This document shows, one piece after another, positions 1-10,704 of a stretch of 39,530 nt of DNA. Location: contig CALATR010000217.1 in the NCBI GenBank assembly GCA_937891875.1, positions 1 through 39,530 on the forward strand, given 5' to 3'. The notes beneath the pieces are model-generated. The model saw nothing but the letters and a program-made list of their open reading frames with translations. It had not been told where the DNA came from and did no database searches. Made by a program: the position numbers and the translations under genes. Position 1 is the stretch's first letter; each line of letters begins with the position of its first letter. Origin of the DNA: an uncultured Pseudomonadota bacterium. Lineage in GTDB: Bacteria > Myxococcota_A > UBA796 > GCA-2862545.

Positions 1-112
1 GATCCGCGGCGTTCTACCGGCGACTCCGGGAACGACCGGAGGTGAGCGCAGTGGTCTTCGTAGCCATGGGAACCTCCAGTCGTTGGTTGGATGAGAGGGT
101 CTACCCTGCCTT

Positions 113-2050
<1,938 letters not shown>

Positions 2051-2179
2051 GGAGGACCTCGGGGTGGGGTTGGCTTGCGCCGAAGACCCTCCCACGACAA
2101 TTCCTTACAACTCAATGACGGGCATACCTGACGTGCGAGCGAAATTTTTCGGATACCTGGACAGTACGTTGACAACGCA

Positions 2180-3487
2180 TCACGGCGTTCTGCGAGCGAG
2201 AACGTCGAGAACCGCGGCCCGGGTCTTCGGTGGGAGCTCGTCGGCGCGAAGCTCGCCTCGGTGGACCATTCCGGCGAAGGAGCTCACCAGATCGGGGTCG
2301 TCGTGGATGTGTTCGTCGAGCTCGGCAGCGGTCCCGGGGTGGGAGAAGTACGTGCGCCACTCCTCGGAAGAGGGACGGTCCGGGTCGTCTTCGGGCGGTT
2401 CGTCCGCTGGTTCGCGCTCTTCGGCAGCCGCGCGGAAGTCGTCGACGAAGCTCGCCGAGGGGTCCCACTCGCCGGCAGCCAGATCGGAGATCACGCCGTC
2501 CAGGAAGTCGGTCAGCTGCTCGGAGCCCTCGAAGGCGGCGGCGTCCGCGATGACGCCCAGCTCCACGAAGTCGGGCGGCTGATAGAGCGGCGGCTCCTCC
2601 GGTGCGCGCAGGGTCAGGTCGACAGTCTGGCCGGGAGCCGCGCTCACCCGGACCGGCCTGGCGCGGGCAACGATGAGGGGGAACAGGGCGCTACGCCGCT
2701 CGAGCTGGACGGCGCAGGTGGACGCCGCGATGGTGAACGCGCTCGGTGCATCGCGCACGTGGTGCATGACGCCGCAGCCGCGCAAGATGACGACCGCCTC
2801 GGAGAGCTCCAGATCCTCGGGCAAGGGGCTTCCGTCGTGGTCGACCACCGTGATCCGCAGCGTGGCGGTCTCGCTCTCCCACACCCCGTCGCAGCTGGTC
2901 GTGGAGCCAGGCTCGGCGCCGGACCAGCGGACCTGCAGCCAGCGCCCGTCGATGTGTCCCGGTGGGATGTCGTTGCCGGTCTGCTGCAGGAACACGCGGC
3001 TCGATCCTGACGGTTCGGACACGACCACGGTGAGCCGTCCCTTCAGCACGCCGCTGCTCCGGGAGATCAGGTCGACCGTGCCCTCGTCGAGGCCGGCGTC
3101 CCGGTCGACGGTGGCCGACGACGCGATGAGCTCGCCGTCTGGGCCCTCCCAGTACGGGCTGGCATTATCCGGCGTGAACGCGGAGATGTCGCAGGTGACC
3201 ACCGCGCCTCCCGTCCAGTCCGCACGATCGGCGAGGCGGTCGTAGTGGGGACGGATCCCATCGGGGACCGCGGTCAGGTCGGGGACGGGCTGGGGGGAGC
3301 GGGCTGGGGCTCTGGCGCCGGTGGAGAGCTTCTGCACGTCGGTGGCGCCGTAGTCGTGCATCGGTCCGACCTGCAGCGGGGTGGTCGCGGGCAGGGAGAG
3401 GGGCAGGGCGACGAAGCCGAGCAGGATGGCGAGCAACGAGCCGACCACGGCGAAGAGGATCCAGCGGCGGTCCCTGCGCGCGTTCAT
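2180..3487 (-). CDS. Single-pass membrane-anchored protein of unknown function (tandem paralog A)
   Basis: 435-aa ORF. Basic N-terminus MNARRDRRW followed by TM helix ILFAVVGSLLAILLGFVALPL. Collinear with 3622..4911 (LQVRWSGAEPG..CDGVW, PPLYQPPD, C-terminal ELPPKTRAAV). No known family recognised. Confidence 0.75.
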   Translation of the reverse strand: MNARRDRRWILFAVVGSLLAILLGFVALPLSLPATTPLQVGPMHDYGATDVQKLSTGARAPARSPQPVPDLTAVPDGIRPHYDRLADRADWTGGAVVTCDISAFTPDNASPYWEGPDGELIASSATVDRDAGLDEGTVDLISRSSGVLKGRLTVVVSEPSGSSRVFLQQTGNDIPPGHIDGRWLQVRWSGAEPGSTTSCDGVWESETATLRITVVDHDGSPLPEDLELSEAVVILRGCGVMHHVRDAPSAFTIAASTCAVQLERRSALFPLIVARARPVRVSAAPGQTVDLTLRAPEEPPLYQPPDFVELGVIADAAAFEGSEQLTDFLDGVISDLAAGEWDPSASFVDDFRAAAEEREPADEPPEDDPDRPSSEEWRTYFSHPGTAAELDEHIHDDPDLVSSFAGMVHRGELRADELPPKTRAAVLDVLARRTP

Positions 3488-3573
3488 GGGTCCATCTCGT
3501 CGAGGTGCGCGGTGACCGCGGCGCGGGTCTGGGGCGGCAGGTCGTCCAGGCGACGGTTCGTCCTTCGGTCCAT
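3484..3573 (-). pseudogene. 29-codon ORF MDRRTNRRLDDLPPQTRAAVTAHLDEMDP; looks like a collapsed third copy of the flanking paralogs (N-terminal 8 aa joined to the C-terminal motif)
   Basis: Hand translation of the minus strand 3573->3484. The N-terminus resembles MDRRSRLRW of paralog B, and the remainder carries the C-terminal (D/E)LPPxTRAAV motif of both paralogs. Its TGA overlaps the ATG of paralog A (ATGA at 3484..3487). Confidence 0.4.
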
Positions 3574-3621
3574 GAGTCCCCCCGAGTTGCCACGTTGAAG
3601 CTGGCTAACTGGAGCCCGTGC

Positions 3622-4911
3622 TCAGCGCCCGCGCTCCTGCAGCTTCGCCTCCACCGCGGCCCGGGTCTCGGGCGGCAGGTCCTCGAGCTGCGTCTCCCCG
3701 GCCTCCACGGACGTCGCGAAGAAGTCGATCACCTGCTCGTTCTCGACGATCTGCGAGTCCACCTGGGCGGCGACCTCCGGATCGGAGAGATCCCCGCCGC
3801 TGAAGGTCTCCTCCGGGGGCAGCGGTTCCTGCTGGGCCTTCGCCAGCTCCTCGAACATCGCGGGGTCCCAGTCGCCGTTCAGGATGCTCTGCAGCAGCTC
3901 CTCGAAGGCGTCGGCCATGGCGTCGGAGCCGAAGTACGCGGCGACGTCGGCGGCCGTGGAGAGCTCGATGAGGTCGGGGGGCTGGTAGAGCGGGGGCTCG
4001 GGCGGGGCGCGCAGGGTGACGTCGACGTTGCCGCCCGCCGGGACGTCGATGATGACGGCTTCCCCGCGGTTGGCGATGAGGGGGAAGGTGGAGTTGCGGC
4101 GCTCGACCTGCAGGGCGCAGCGTCCGGCGGGAACGGGGAGCTCCGCCTCGTGGGCGGCCGGGCTCATGAGCCCGCACCCGCGGACCACGATCAGGGGGGG
4201 CTGCGTGCCGTCCTCGGAGTCGGGTGGAGAAAACTCCTGCCCCCGCTCGTCGAGCACGGTCAAGGTCAGGGTGCCGGTGTCGCGCTTCCACACGCCGTCG
4301 CAGCCCACCGTGGTGCCGGGCTCTGCGCCGGACCAGCGCACCTGCAGCCAGTCGCCTTCCAACGACCCGGAGGGCGAGGTCGCCATGTCCGGAGCCAACA
4401 CCCGGGAGGAGCCTGACGTCTCGCGCACGGTGAACGTGATCCGCCCGTCGACGACCGGGGTGTAGAACCGCGACACCACGTCGACCGAGCCCTCGAGGTG
4501 CACGCCCTCGTCCATGTCGAGGAAGGCCATCTGGGGCATCACGAAGTCGTCGAAGTCGGGGTCCCCTGGGGCGGGATCCGGCTCCCTCGGGGACATCAGC
4601 GCGCCGATGTCGCAGGTGACGACCGCCCCGTCGATCCAGTCCGCCCGGTCGTGGGCGCGATCCCAGTGCTCGCCGTATTCCACGGGGAGATCCTCGCGCG
4701 TCGGCACGGGCTGCACCGCCGGCGCCGGGATCTCCGGCCGGTCGGGGTTGAAGGTGTGCACGTCGGTGGCGCTGTAGTCGTCCATGACGACCGCGCGGAC
4801 CGGCACCGGCGCGGGCAGGGCCATGGGCAGGGCCACGAAGCCGAGCAGGATCGCCAGGACGGCACCGACCACGGCGAAGAGCACCCAGCGAAGCCGACTC
4901 CGGCGATCCAT
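3622..4911 (-). CDS. Single-pass membrane-anchored protein of unknown function (tandem paralog B)
   Basis: Track ORF 3622..5166 over-extends into xthA on the other strand. ATG 4911 is preceded directly by GGAGGAAGG and yields MDRRSRLRWVLFAVVGAVLAILLGFVALPM, which aligns residue for residue with the N-terminus of paralog A. ATG 4929 is the alternative start. Confidence 0.75.
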   Translation of the reverse strand: MDRRSRLRWVLFAVVGAVLAILLGFVALPMALPAPVPVRAVVMDDYSATDVHTFNPDRPEIPAPAVQPVPTREDLPVEYGEHWDRAHDRADWIDGAVVTCDIGALMSPREPDPAPGDPDFDDFVMPQMAFLDMDEGVHLEGSVDVVSRFYTPVVDGRITFTVRETSGSSRVLAPDMATSPSGSLEGDWLQVRWSGAEPGTTVGCDGVWKRDTGTLTLTVLDERGQEFSPPDSEDGTQPPLIVVRGCGLMSPAAHEAELPVPAGRCALQVERRNSTFPLIANRGEAVIIDVPAGGNVDVTLRAPPEPPLYQPPDLIELSTAADVAAYFGSDAMADAFEELLQSILNGDWDPAMFEELAKAQQEPLPPEETFSGGDLSDPEVAAQVDSQIVENEQVIDFFATSVEAGETQLEDLPPETRAAVEAKLQERGR

Positions 4912-4996
4912 CCTTCCTCCCTCGTCCATCCGTACGTTCGATCGACGCGCGGTTCCCCCCGTCTGACAAGACGTTACGCGGCGGCCTGGAGATTTC

Positions 4997-5767
4997 ATGC
5001 CTGCGATCACCACCTGGAACGTCAATGGCCTGCGTGCGGCCCTGCGAAAGGGGCTGCCCGACTGGCTCGAAGAGAACGCCCCCGACGTGCTCATGCTGCA
5101 GGAGATCCGCTCGCTTCCGGAGCAGCTGCCCGCCGAGTGGCGCGAGCCCGCGGGGTGGCACGTCACCTGGCACCCCGCCGAGAAGAAGGGCTACAGCGGC
5201 GTCGCCACCCTCACCCGGGAGCCCCAGGAGGTCCTGGCCACCGGCCTGCCCGGCGAGGACGACCCCGAAGGCCGCGTGCTGCAGGTCCGCTCCCGCGGCA
5301 TCCGGCTGGTCAACGTCTACCTGCCCTCGGGCAGCTCCGGGGACGAGCGCCAGGCGGTGAAGGAGGCGTGGATGGAGCGCTTCCTGCCGTTCGCGGCGGA
5401 GCTGGCCGCCCTGGACGAGCCCGTGATCCTGGTGGGCGACCTGAACATCGCCCACACCGAGAACGACATCTGGAACCCGACCGGCAACAAGAAGAACTCG
5501 GGCTTCCTGCCCCACGAGCGCGAGTGGTTCACGAGCCTGCTGCAGACGGGCTGGAGCGATGTCTACCGCGACCACTTCGGCGACGTGAAGGGCCCGTACA
5601 GCTGGTGGTCGAACCGCGGCCAGGCTCGGGCGAAGGACCGGGGATGGCGGATCGACTATGCCCTGTGCAACGCGGCCATGGCAGCGCGGGTGCAGGAGGT
5701 GGCGGTGGATCGCCAGGCCGGGATCACGGTCAGCGACCACGCGCCGGTCACGGTGAGGGCGACATGA
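4997..5767 (+). CDS. xthA: Exodeoxyribonuclease III (ExoIII/APE1 EEP-fold AP endonuclease)
   Basis: ITTWNVNGLRA...LMLQEIR at the N-terminus and ITVSDHAPVTV at the C-terminus, ~255 aa, typical of Xth. GGAG 6 nt upstream of the ATG. Confidence 0.9.
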   Translation: MPAITTWNVNGLRAALRKGLPDWLEENAPDVLMLQEIRSLPEQLPAEWREPAGWHVTWHPAEKKGYSGVATLTREPQEVLATGLPGEDDPEGRVLQVRSRGIRLVNVYLPSGSSGDERQAVKEAWMERFLPFAAELAALDEPVILVGDLNIAHTENDIWNPTGNKKNSGFLPHEREWFTSLLQTGWSDVYRDHFGDVKGPYSWWSNRGQARAKDRGWRIDYALCNAAMAARVQEVAVDRQAGITVSDHAPVTVRAT

Positions 5768-6678
5768 GCGGCCAGCGGTCGGACGACGCCGACGACATCG
5801 TTCGCGACGCGGTCGAACGCTTCGCCGGCGACCACCGGGTGCTGTTCGAGGCCTTCGCCGAGGCGGAGCACGTGGCCCTCAACCGGGCCAGCTGGAACCA
5901 GGCGCCCCTGAACCACAACAGCCACAAGGGCGACCAGGCCGAGGCCCTGCGCCGGGGCGAGGATCCGCTCTTCCCCGAGGAGCTGGAGCTGCTCGGCGAT
6001 CTCGACGGCGTCTCGGTCGCCCACCTGCAGTGCAACGCCGGCCAGGACAGCCTGGGACTGGCCCTGCGCGGAGCGGCGGTCACGGGCATCGACCTGTCGG
6101 ACACCGCCATCGAGTTCGCCCGGGAGCTGTCCGGAAAGACGGGGATCCCCGCCACCTTCGTGCGGGATGAGATCCTGTCCTGGACCCACGCCACGGACGA
6201 GCGCTTCGACGTCGCCTTCGCCAGCTACGGGGTGCTGGGCTGGAACCGGGACCTCGGAGCGTGGATGCGCGGGGCCCACCGGGTGCTCAAGCCAGGCGGG
6301 CGCCTCGTAATCATGGAGTTCCATCCCGTGGTCTGGTCGCTCGGACAGACGCTCGCGCTCACCGGCGACGACTACTTCGCGCCCGGGCCGTTCGCGGAGC
6401 CGGTCAGCGACTACGTGGCTGAGACGCTCGACCGGGACCCCCTGCCCAACGAGCACGTGGCCCACGGATTCCAGCACTCGCTGGCCGAGATCGTGCAGGC
6501 GGTGGTGGACGCGGGGCTGCAGCTGCGAACCCTGCGCGAGTACCCGCACAGCAACTACGCGCGCCTGTCTCCGGGCCTGGTCGCCGGTCCGGACCGGACC
6601 TGGGTCTTTCCGCAGGGGAAGGCGAGAATCCCCTTGATGTTCGGCCTCGTGGCGGATCGTCCGACGAACGAGGCGTGA
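5764..6678 (+). CDS. Class I SAM-dependent methyltransferase
   Basis: C-terminal part of track ORF 4498..6678. The ATG at 5764 overlaps the xthA stop (ATGA). Motif I-like VAHLQCNAGQDSLGLALRGAAVTGIDLS and post-I/II FDVAFASYGVL...LKPGGRLVIMEFHP. Confidence 0.8.
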   Translation: MSGQRSDDADDIVRDAVERFAGDHRVLFEAFAEAEHVALNRASWNQAPLNHNSHKGDQAEALRRGEDPLFPEELELLGDLDGVSVAHLQCNAGQDSLGLALRGAAVTGIDLSDTAIEFARELSGKTGIPATFVRDEILSWTHATDERFDVAFASYGVLGWNRDLGAWMRGAHRVLKPGGRLVIMEFHPVVWSLGQTLALTGDDYFAPGPFAEPVSDYVAETLDRDPLPNEHVAHGFQHSLAEIVQAVVDAGLQLRTLREYPHSNYARLSPGLVAGPDRTWVFPQGKARIPLMFGLVADRPTNEA

Positions 6679-6712
6679 GGCGGCGGGGTATGGTCCGTCG
6701 CGAGAGGAACGC

Positions 6713-7327
6713 ATGACCAGACGCCGAAGCGAGACCTGCCGGGTGGCGGTGCTGGACGCCACCGTCGAGATCATGGAAGAGCGCGGCTACCTCGCGCTGA
6801 CGGTCGAGGAGGTCGCCCGCCGCGCCCACGCCGGCAAGCAGACGATCTACCGGCACTGGGGCGGCAAGCAGCGTCTGGCCCTGGACGCCTTCGCCCACAA
6901 GATGGCCAGCCACCTGACTGCCCCCGACCATGGCAACGTGCACGATGACCTGCGGGCCTTCGTCGACGAGCTGGTGGTGGCGGTGCGCGCACCCAACAAG
7001 TCCATGCTGATCGCCGGCCTGCTGGCCGAGGCACACGCCGATCCGGAGTTTGGACGCGCCTTCCGGGACGCGTACATCGCGACCAAGCGCCGCCCGCTGC
7101 TCACGGTCTTTCAGCGGGCGATCGCCCGGGGCGAGCTGACCGCGGAGGCCGACCTCGACGTCATGGTCGACCTCACCTACGGGCCAGTCTGGTACCGGCT
7201 GCTCTTCACCGGTGCGGGCCTGGACGATGCCTTCGTGGACGGGCTCATCGCTGCGGTGATCCGATCGGCGCGACCGCTTCCGTCCCGGCCAGCCGCGGAG
7301 GGTGCTCGCCCGGATCTGGCGCACTGA
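6713..7327 (+). CDS. TetR/AcrR-family transcriptional regulator
   Basis: N-terminal HTH VLDATVEIMEERGYLALTVEEVARRAHAGKQTIYRHWGGKQRL; ~200 aa all-helical. GAGAGGAA upstream of the ATG. Confidence 0.85.
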   Translation: MTRRRSETCRVAVLDATVEIMEERGYLALTVEEVARRAHAGKQTIYRHWGGKQRLALDAFAHKMASHLTAPDHGNVHDDLRAFVDELVVAVRAPNKSMLIAGLLAEAHADPEFGRAFRDAYIATKRRPLLTVFQRAIARGELTAEADLDVMVDLTYGPVWYRLLFTGAGLDDAFVDGLIAAVIRSARPLPSRPAAEGARPDLAH

Positions 7328-8010
7328 TGCGCCTGCTGCCACTGCTGATCGTCGCGGTCCTGCCCTCCGCCGCCCTCGCCGCGGACGAGCCGGTGCTCAG
7401 CCCCGATCGCCCGGGCGTCGGCGAGAGCCCCGGGACCCCCGGGGTCGGTGCCTTCAACGTCGAGAGCGCCGCGACCCTGACCTTCGTCGAGGGCGACGTG
7501 CACCCGGGCCTCCAGGGAACCCGGATCCGGGTCGGAATCGCCGAGAACGTCGAGCTGCGCGCCGTCGTGCCCGACGTGGTGTTCCAGCGTAGCGAGGTCG
7601 TGCTCGGTCCCATCGGTGCGGGAGCCAAGATCGCCGCCCGAGCCAGCGACCGCTTCTCCCTGTCCGTCGTGCCGGAGCTGCTGATCACCTTCGATGGCGA
7701 GGCTGGCTGGCGGGTCTCCGCGAACGGTGGGTTCGAGGAGGGCAAGGTCACCCTGTGGCTGAACGCGACCACGACCGTGTTCGACAGTGACCTGCACGTC
7801 TTTGGCGGCGGTGGCGCCTCGGTGGCCATCGACAGCGGCGGCATCTACATCAACGCCGGTCGGGAGGTGGTCTACCGAGACACCCTGGTCGGTGGCGGCG
7901 GCTGGTGGAGGCTGCGGTCGAACCTGCAGGTCGACGCGGGGATCGACCTGTGGCTGGACGGCCCGGACATCATCGCGGTGCCCCAGATCGGCTGCTCGAT
8001 CGCGTTCTGA
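7327..8010 (+). CDS. Small outer-membrane beta-barrel protein (resembles the MetA-pathway/phenol-degradation-like OMP family)
   Basis: Signal peptide MRLLPLLIVAVLPSAALAADE, then SPDRPGVGESPGTPGVGAFNVES (family-typical DRPG start). Alternating beta pattern, C-terminal ...GCSIAF ending in Phe. The ATG overlaps the TetR stop (TGATG). Confidence 0.5.
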   Translation: MRLLPLLIVAVLPSAALAADEPVLSPDRPGVGESPGTPGVGAFNVESAATLTFVEGDVHPGLQGTRIRVGIAENVELRAVVPDVVFQRSEVVLGPIGAGAKIAARASDRFSLSVVPELLITFDGEAGWRVSANGGFEEGKVTLWLNATTTVFDSDLHVFGGGGASVAIDSGGIYINAGREVVYRDTLVGGGGWWRLRSNLQVDAGIDLWLDGPDIIAVPQIGCSIAF

Positions 8011-8147
8011 CCGGCGGGACCTGAACTTCGGCCGTTCACCCGCGTTCCACGAAGTCACGGCGAGTTGACGAGCGGGCGCGCAGAGCCGTCTACGCTTGCG
8101 ACTCGGGCGGCAGAGTCCCCCCAAAGGCCGCCCCTGGGGAGGTCCTC

Positions 8148-10607
8148 GTGCGCTTGCTGTCCCTCATCGCGCTCTCCATGGCCGTGCAGGCCTGTGGAGG
8201 CGGCGAGTGTCTGGACGTGCCCACCGCGCCCGCCCACGTGGTGTTCGAAGACGCCACGATCGGGGAGCGCGCGCTGCAGGTGCTGCGCCTCGAGAACACC
8301 TGCGAGGCCGAGCTGGCGGTGTCCTCGTCCGAGCTCATCGGCGACGCCCGCTTCGAGCTCAACGACGACGCCGCCGCCATCCCCGGCCTGGGTGACGCGC
8401 CCTTCGCGGTGGCGTTCACGGCCGATGGCTACGGTACTCACGTCGCCGAGCTCGCCGTCACGACTGCGAACGGCACCACCACCGTCGTGGTGTCCGGCAC
8501 CGCCGATCCCGACCAGGACGGGGACGGCGTCGATGCCTACCTGGCCGGCGGCACCGACTGCGACGACACCGATCCGGACGTGGTCGAGGCCCGCGAGGAG
8601 GAGGTCAACGGCCGGGACGACGACTGCGACGGACTCGTGGACGAGGACTTCATCCGCGCCGGCGACATCGTCATCACCGAGGTCATGATCTCGCCGGTCG
8701 CAGCCACCGGTCAGGCCGGCCAGTGGGTCGAGGTGCGCAATGCCGGCAGCCGCCGGGTGGATCTGTCGGGCTGGACCCTCTCCGGACCCAGCGGCCGCTA
8801 CACGGTCGAGCCGGGGCTGCAGCTGTCGGGCGGCGAGTACGCCGTGCTCGGCTTCGAGGCCGACACCAGCCTCAACGGCGGCGTCGAGCTGGACGGGCTG
8901 CTCACCGGTGGCGAGACCGCGCTGCCCACCCAGGGCTGGTTCTTGAGCCTCGCGGTCGAGGGGCGCGCGATCAACGTGCTGTCCGACAAGAAGTGGCCCC
9001 AGGAGAACGGCCACTCGGTGAACCTCGACGCCGAGGTGCTGGACCCCGCCGTCGCGACCCGCGCCGAGAGCTGGTGCGTGGCCAGCACCGTGATGCCCAA
9101 CGGCGACTTCGGCACGCCGGGGGCCCGGAACGACCTGTGCCCGCAGTTCGACCACGACGGCGACGGGCTGTCGGTGCTCGACGGCGACTGTGACGACACC
9201 GACGCGGACGTGAACCCCATCGCCTTCGACGTGTGGGACGGGGTCGACAACAACTGCGACGAGGTCGTGGACCTGGTGGTCGGCGCGGGCGCGGCCCAGG
9301 GGATCATCCAGGGCAGCGGCATCCGGCTGGGCAGTCACGTCCGGGGCACGTCGGACAGCCTGCTCATCGTCGGCACCGCGAACAACTCGACGGCGCTGTA
9401 CGTCGTGCCCTTCGGCAACGCGATCGGCGACGGCATCCAGCCGATCGGTGACGTGCTCTCCGGCTGGTACGAGGAGTCGGGCACCGCGAGGGTGGGGGCC
9501 ATCACCTCCTCCGCACCGCTGCACGACGTCGATGGGGACGGCGACGACGACGTGGTCGTGCTCGGTCGGCCGGCGAACTTCTACCAGGAGACCACCTCCT
9601 ACGACTACCTGTGGGTCTACGACGGGCTCCCCGCGGACACGATGACCGCCAGCGGCAACGACGACGCCTTCCTGGTCGTGCGCGACCCGCTGGACGGCAA
9701 CGGCTCCGACGGGGTCGAGGCCCTGCTGGACCTGGATCTGGACGGCGATGGCACCGCGGACAGCGTGTTCGGCCACGGCTCGTACAAGGGCACCGTGGAG
9801 GGCTTCGATCGCGTGAACAAGGGCCGGGTGTGGGTGCTGGACCTGGCGGGTGCGAGCGGGCGCGTCGACCCCGGCGACCTGATGGTGGCGTCGTGGACCG
9901 GGGAGAACGACTTCACCGGCCTCGGCGACTCGCTGTCCGGCGGTGACGTCGATGATGATGGCTACGACGACATCATCGTCATGGACGTCGACCCGTTTGC
10001 CGCGATGGAGACCGACCGTCGGGTGCAGATCCTGTCCGGCAGCGCGGACTACGCGGCGGACACCACGGTGGAGGCGGCGAGCTCGCTGATGATCACCGGG
10101 CTCGCCCAGCGCAACAGCCAGAACGACCAGGACGTGCAGGCCCCCCTGCTCGCCGATCTCGACGCCGACGGCGACATGGATCTCGCGATCCCTGATCCCT
10201 ACGCCTCCAGCGTGCGGATCTTCCACGACGCGAAGAACCTCTCGGGCGAGGTCGCCGCGGCGGACGCGGATCTCGTGCTCACCGGCACCGGCGGGTTCGG
10301 CACCCACCTCGTGCTCGGCGATCCGGCGGGGGACGGCACCCTGCACCTGCTGGTCGGCGCACCCACCAACGACTTCCGCGACTCGAGCGGGCGGGCCTGG
10401 CTCTTCCCCCAGAGCGCGCTGGGCGGCACCGGAACGGTCGACACGACTGCGGCCACTGCGGCCTTCGGCGACGACAGCAGCGCCTCCTTCGGCGCCTACA
10501 TGGCGCTGATCGACGTGACCGGCGACGGGCGTGACGACGTGGTCGCGCCGGACATCGGCCTGTTCGGCTTCAGCGGCGGCGTCTACCTCTTCGTCGCGCC
10601 GGAGTAG
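8148..10607 (+). CDS. Large lipoprotein with MopE-like Cys-rich metal-binding motifs, a lamin-tail domain (LTD) and FG-GAP/VCBS-type repeats
   Basis: Lipobox LSMAVQAC. DCDDTDPDV...NGRDDDCDGLVDED and DCDDTDADVNP...DNNCDEVVD. LTD-like ITEVMISPVAATGQAGQWVEVRNAGSRRVDLSGWTL. Repeated DVDGDGDDDVVV / DLDADGDMDLA / DVTGDGRDDVVAPD. GGGGAGG precedes the GTG start. Confidence 0.8.
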   Translation: MRLLSLIALSMAVQACGGGECLDVPTAPAHVVFEDATIGERALQVLRLENTCEAELAVSSSELIGDARFELNDDAAAIPGLGDAPFAVAFTADGYGTHVAELAVTTANGTTTVVVSGTADPDQDGDGVDAYLAGGTDCDDTDPDVVEAREEEVNGRDDDCDGLVDEDFIRAGDIVITEVMISPVAATGQAGQWVEVRNAGSRRVDLSGWTLSGPSGRYTVEPGLQLSGGEYAVLGFEADTSLNGGVELDGLLTGGETALPTQGWFLSLAVEGRAINVLSDKKWPQENGHSVNLDAEVLDPAVATRAESWCVASTVMPNGDFGTPGARNDLCPQFDHDGDGLSVLDGDCDDTDADVNPIAFDVWDGVDNNCDEVVDLVVGAGAAQGIIQGSGIRLGSHVRGTSDSLLIVGTANNSTALYVVPFGNAIGDGIQPIGDVLSGWYEESGTARVGAITSSAPLHDVDGDGDDDVVVLGRPANFYQETTSYDYLWVYDGLPADTMTASGNDDAFLVVRDPLDGNGSDGVEALLDLDLDGDGTADSVFGHGSYKGTVEGFDRVNKGRVWVLDLAGASGRVDPGDLMVASWTGENDFTGLGDSLSGGDVDDDGYDDIIVMDVDPFAAMETDRRVQILSGSADYAADTTVEAASSLMITGLAQRNSQNDQDVQAPLLADLDADGDMDLAIPDPYASSVRIFHDAKNLSGEVAAADADLVLTGTGGFGTHLVLGDPAGDGTLHLLVGAPTNDFRDSSGRAWLFPQSALGGTGTVDTTAATAAFGDDSSASFGAYMALIDVTGDGRDDVVAPDIGLFGFSGGVYLFVAPE

Positions 10608-10625
10608 TCGCCGCGCGGATCCTCG

Positions 10626-10655
10626 GAGCCCGGGGGCTGTTCGGCCTCCGGGCTC
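10626..10655 (+). terminator. Stem-loop after the FG-GAP gene: candidate intrinsic terminator without a clear U-tract
   Basis: gagcccgggggc-tgttcg-gcctccgggctc gives a 12-bp stem (one G:U) and 6-nt loop, 19 nt after the stop, followed by tcttg. Confidence 0.4.
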
Positions 10656-10657
10656 TC

Positions 10658-10686
10658 TTGCGCCGGCCGGGCGGCAGATATATAAG
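10658..10686 (+). promoter_or_regulatory. Putative sigma70-like promoter TTGCGC-N17-TATAAG that would start transcription at or next to the ArsR-family ATG (leaderless mRNA)
   Basis: TTGCGC at 10658..10663, a 17-nt spacer, TATAAG at 10681..10686, ATG at 10693. No SD is possible because the upstream sequence is pure A/T. This is the only strongly AT-rich island in the window. Confidence 0.35.
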
Positions 10687-10704
10687 TAAATAATGATAAA
10701 TAAT
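10687..10704 (+). promoter_or_regulatory. Direct repeat TAAATAAT-GA-TAAATAAT (10-bp register) spanning the ArsR start codon; possible operator
   Basis: Read directly: taaataat ga taaataat. Confidence 0.3.

Noticed and set aside
14-67. 17-codon minus-strand ORF (MATKTTALTSGRSRSRR) with a textbook GGAGG-N5-ATG, just downstream of the protease gene.
   Set aside because: It is too short, its third-position GC is lower than in real genes here, and it has no recognisable peptide. The SD-like match may be fortuitous or the remnant of a disrupted gene. Not called.
2160-2178. cgttgacaacg near-palindrome containing TTGACA upstream of the protease gene.
   Set aside because: No acceptable -10 element lies 16-18 nt downstream on the coding (minus) strand, so it cannot be supported as a promoter or operator from sequence alone.
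4912-5166. N-terminal extension of track ORF 3622..5166. Similar extensions were trimmed in 36206..38416, 37885..39258, 23292..24809, 21800..22456, 21326..21763 and 113..2095.
   Set aside because: The extensions are Arg/Pro/Ser-rich, overlap neighbouring genes, and lack SD sequences. Internal starts have SD motifs, signal peptides or stop/start coupling.
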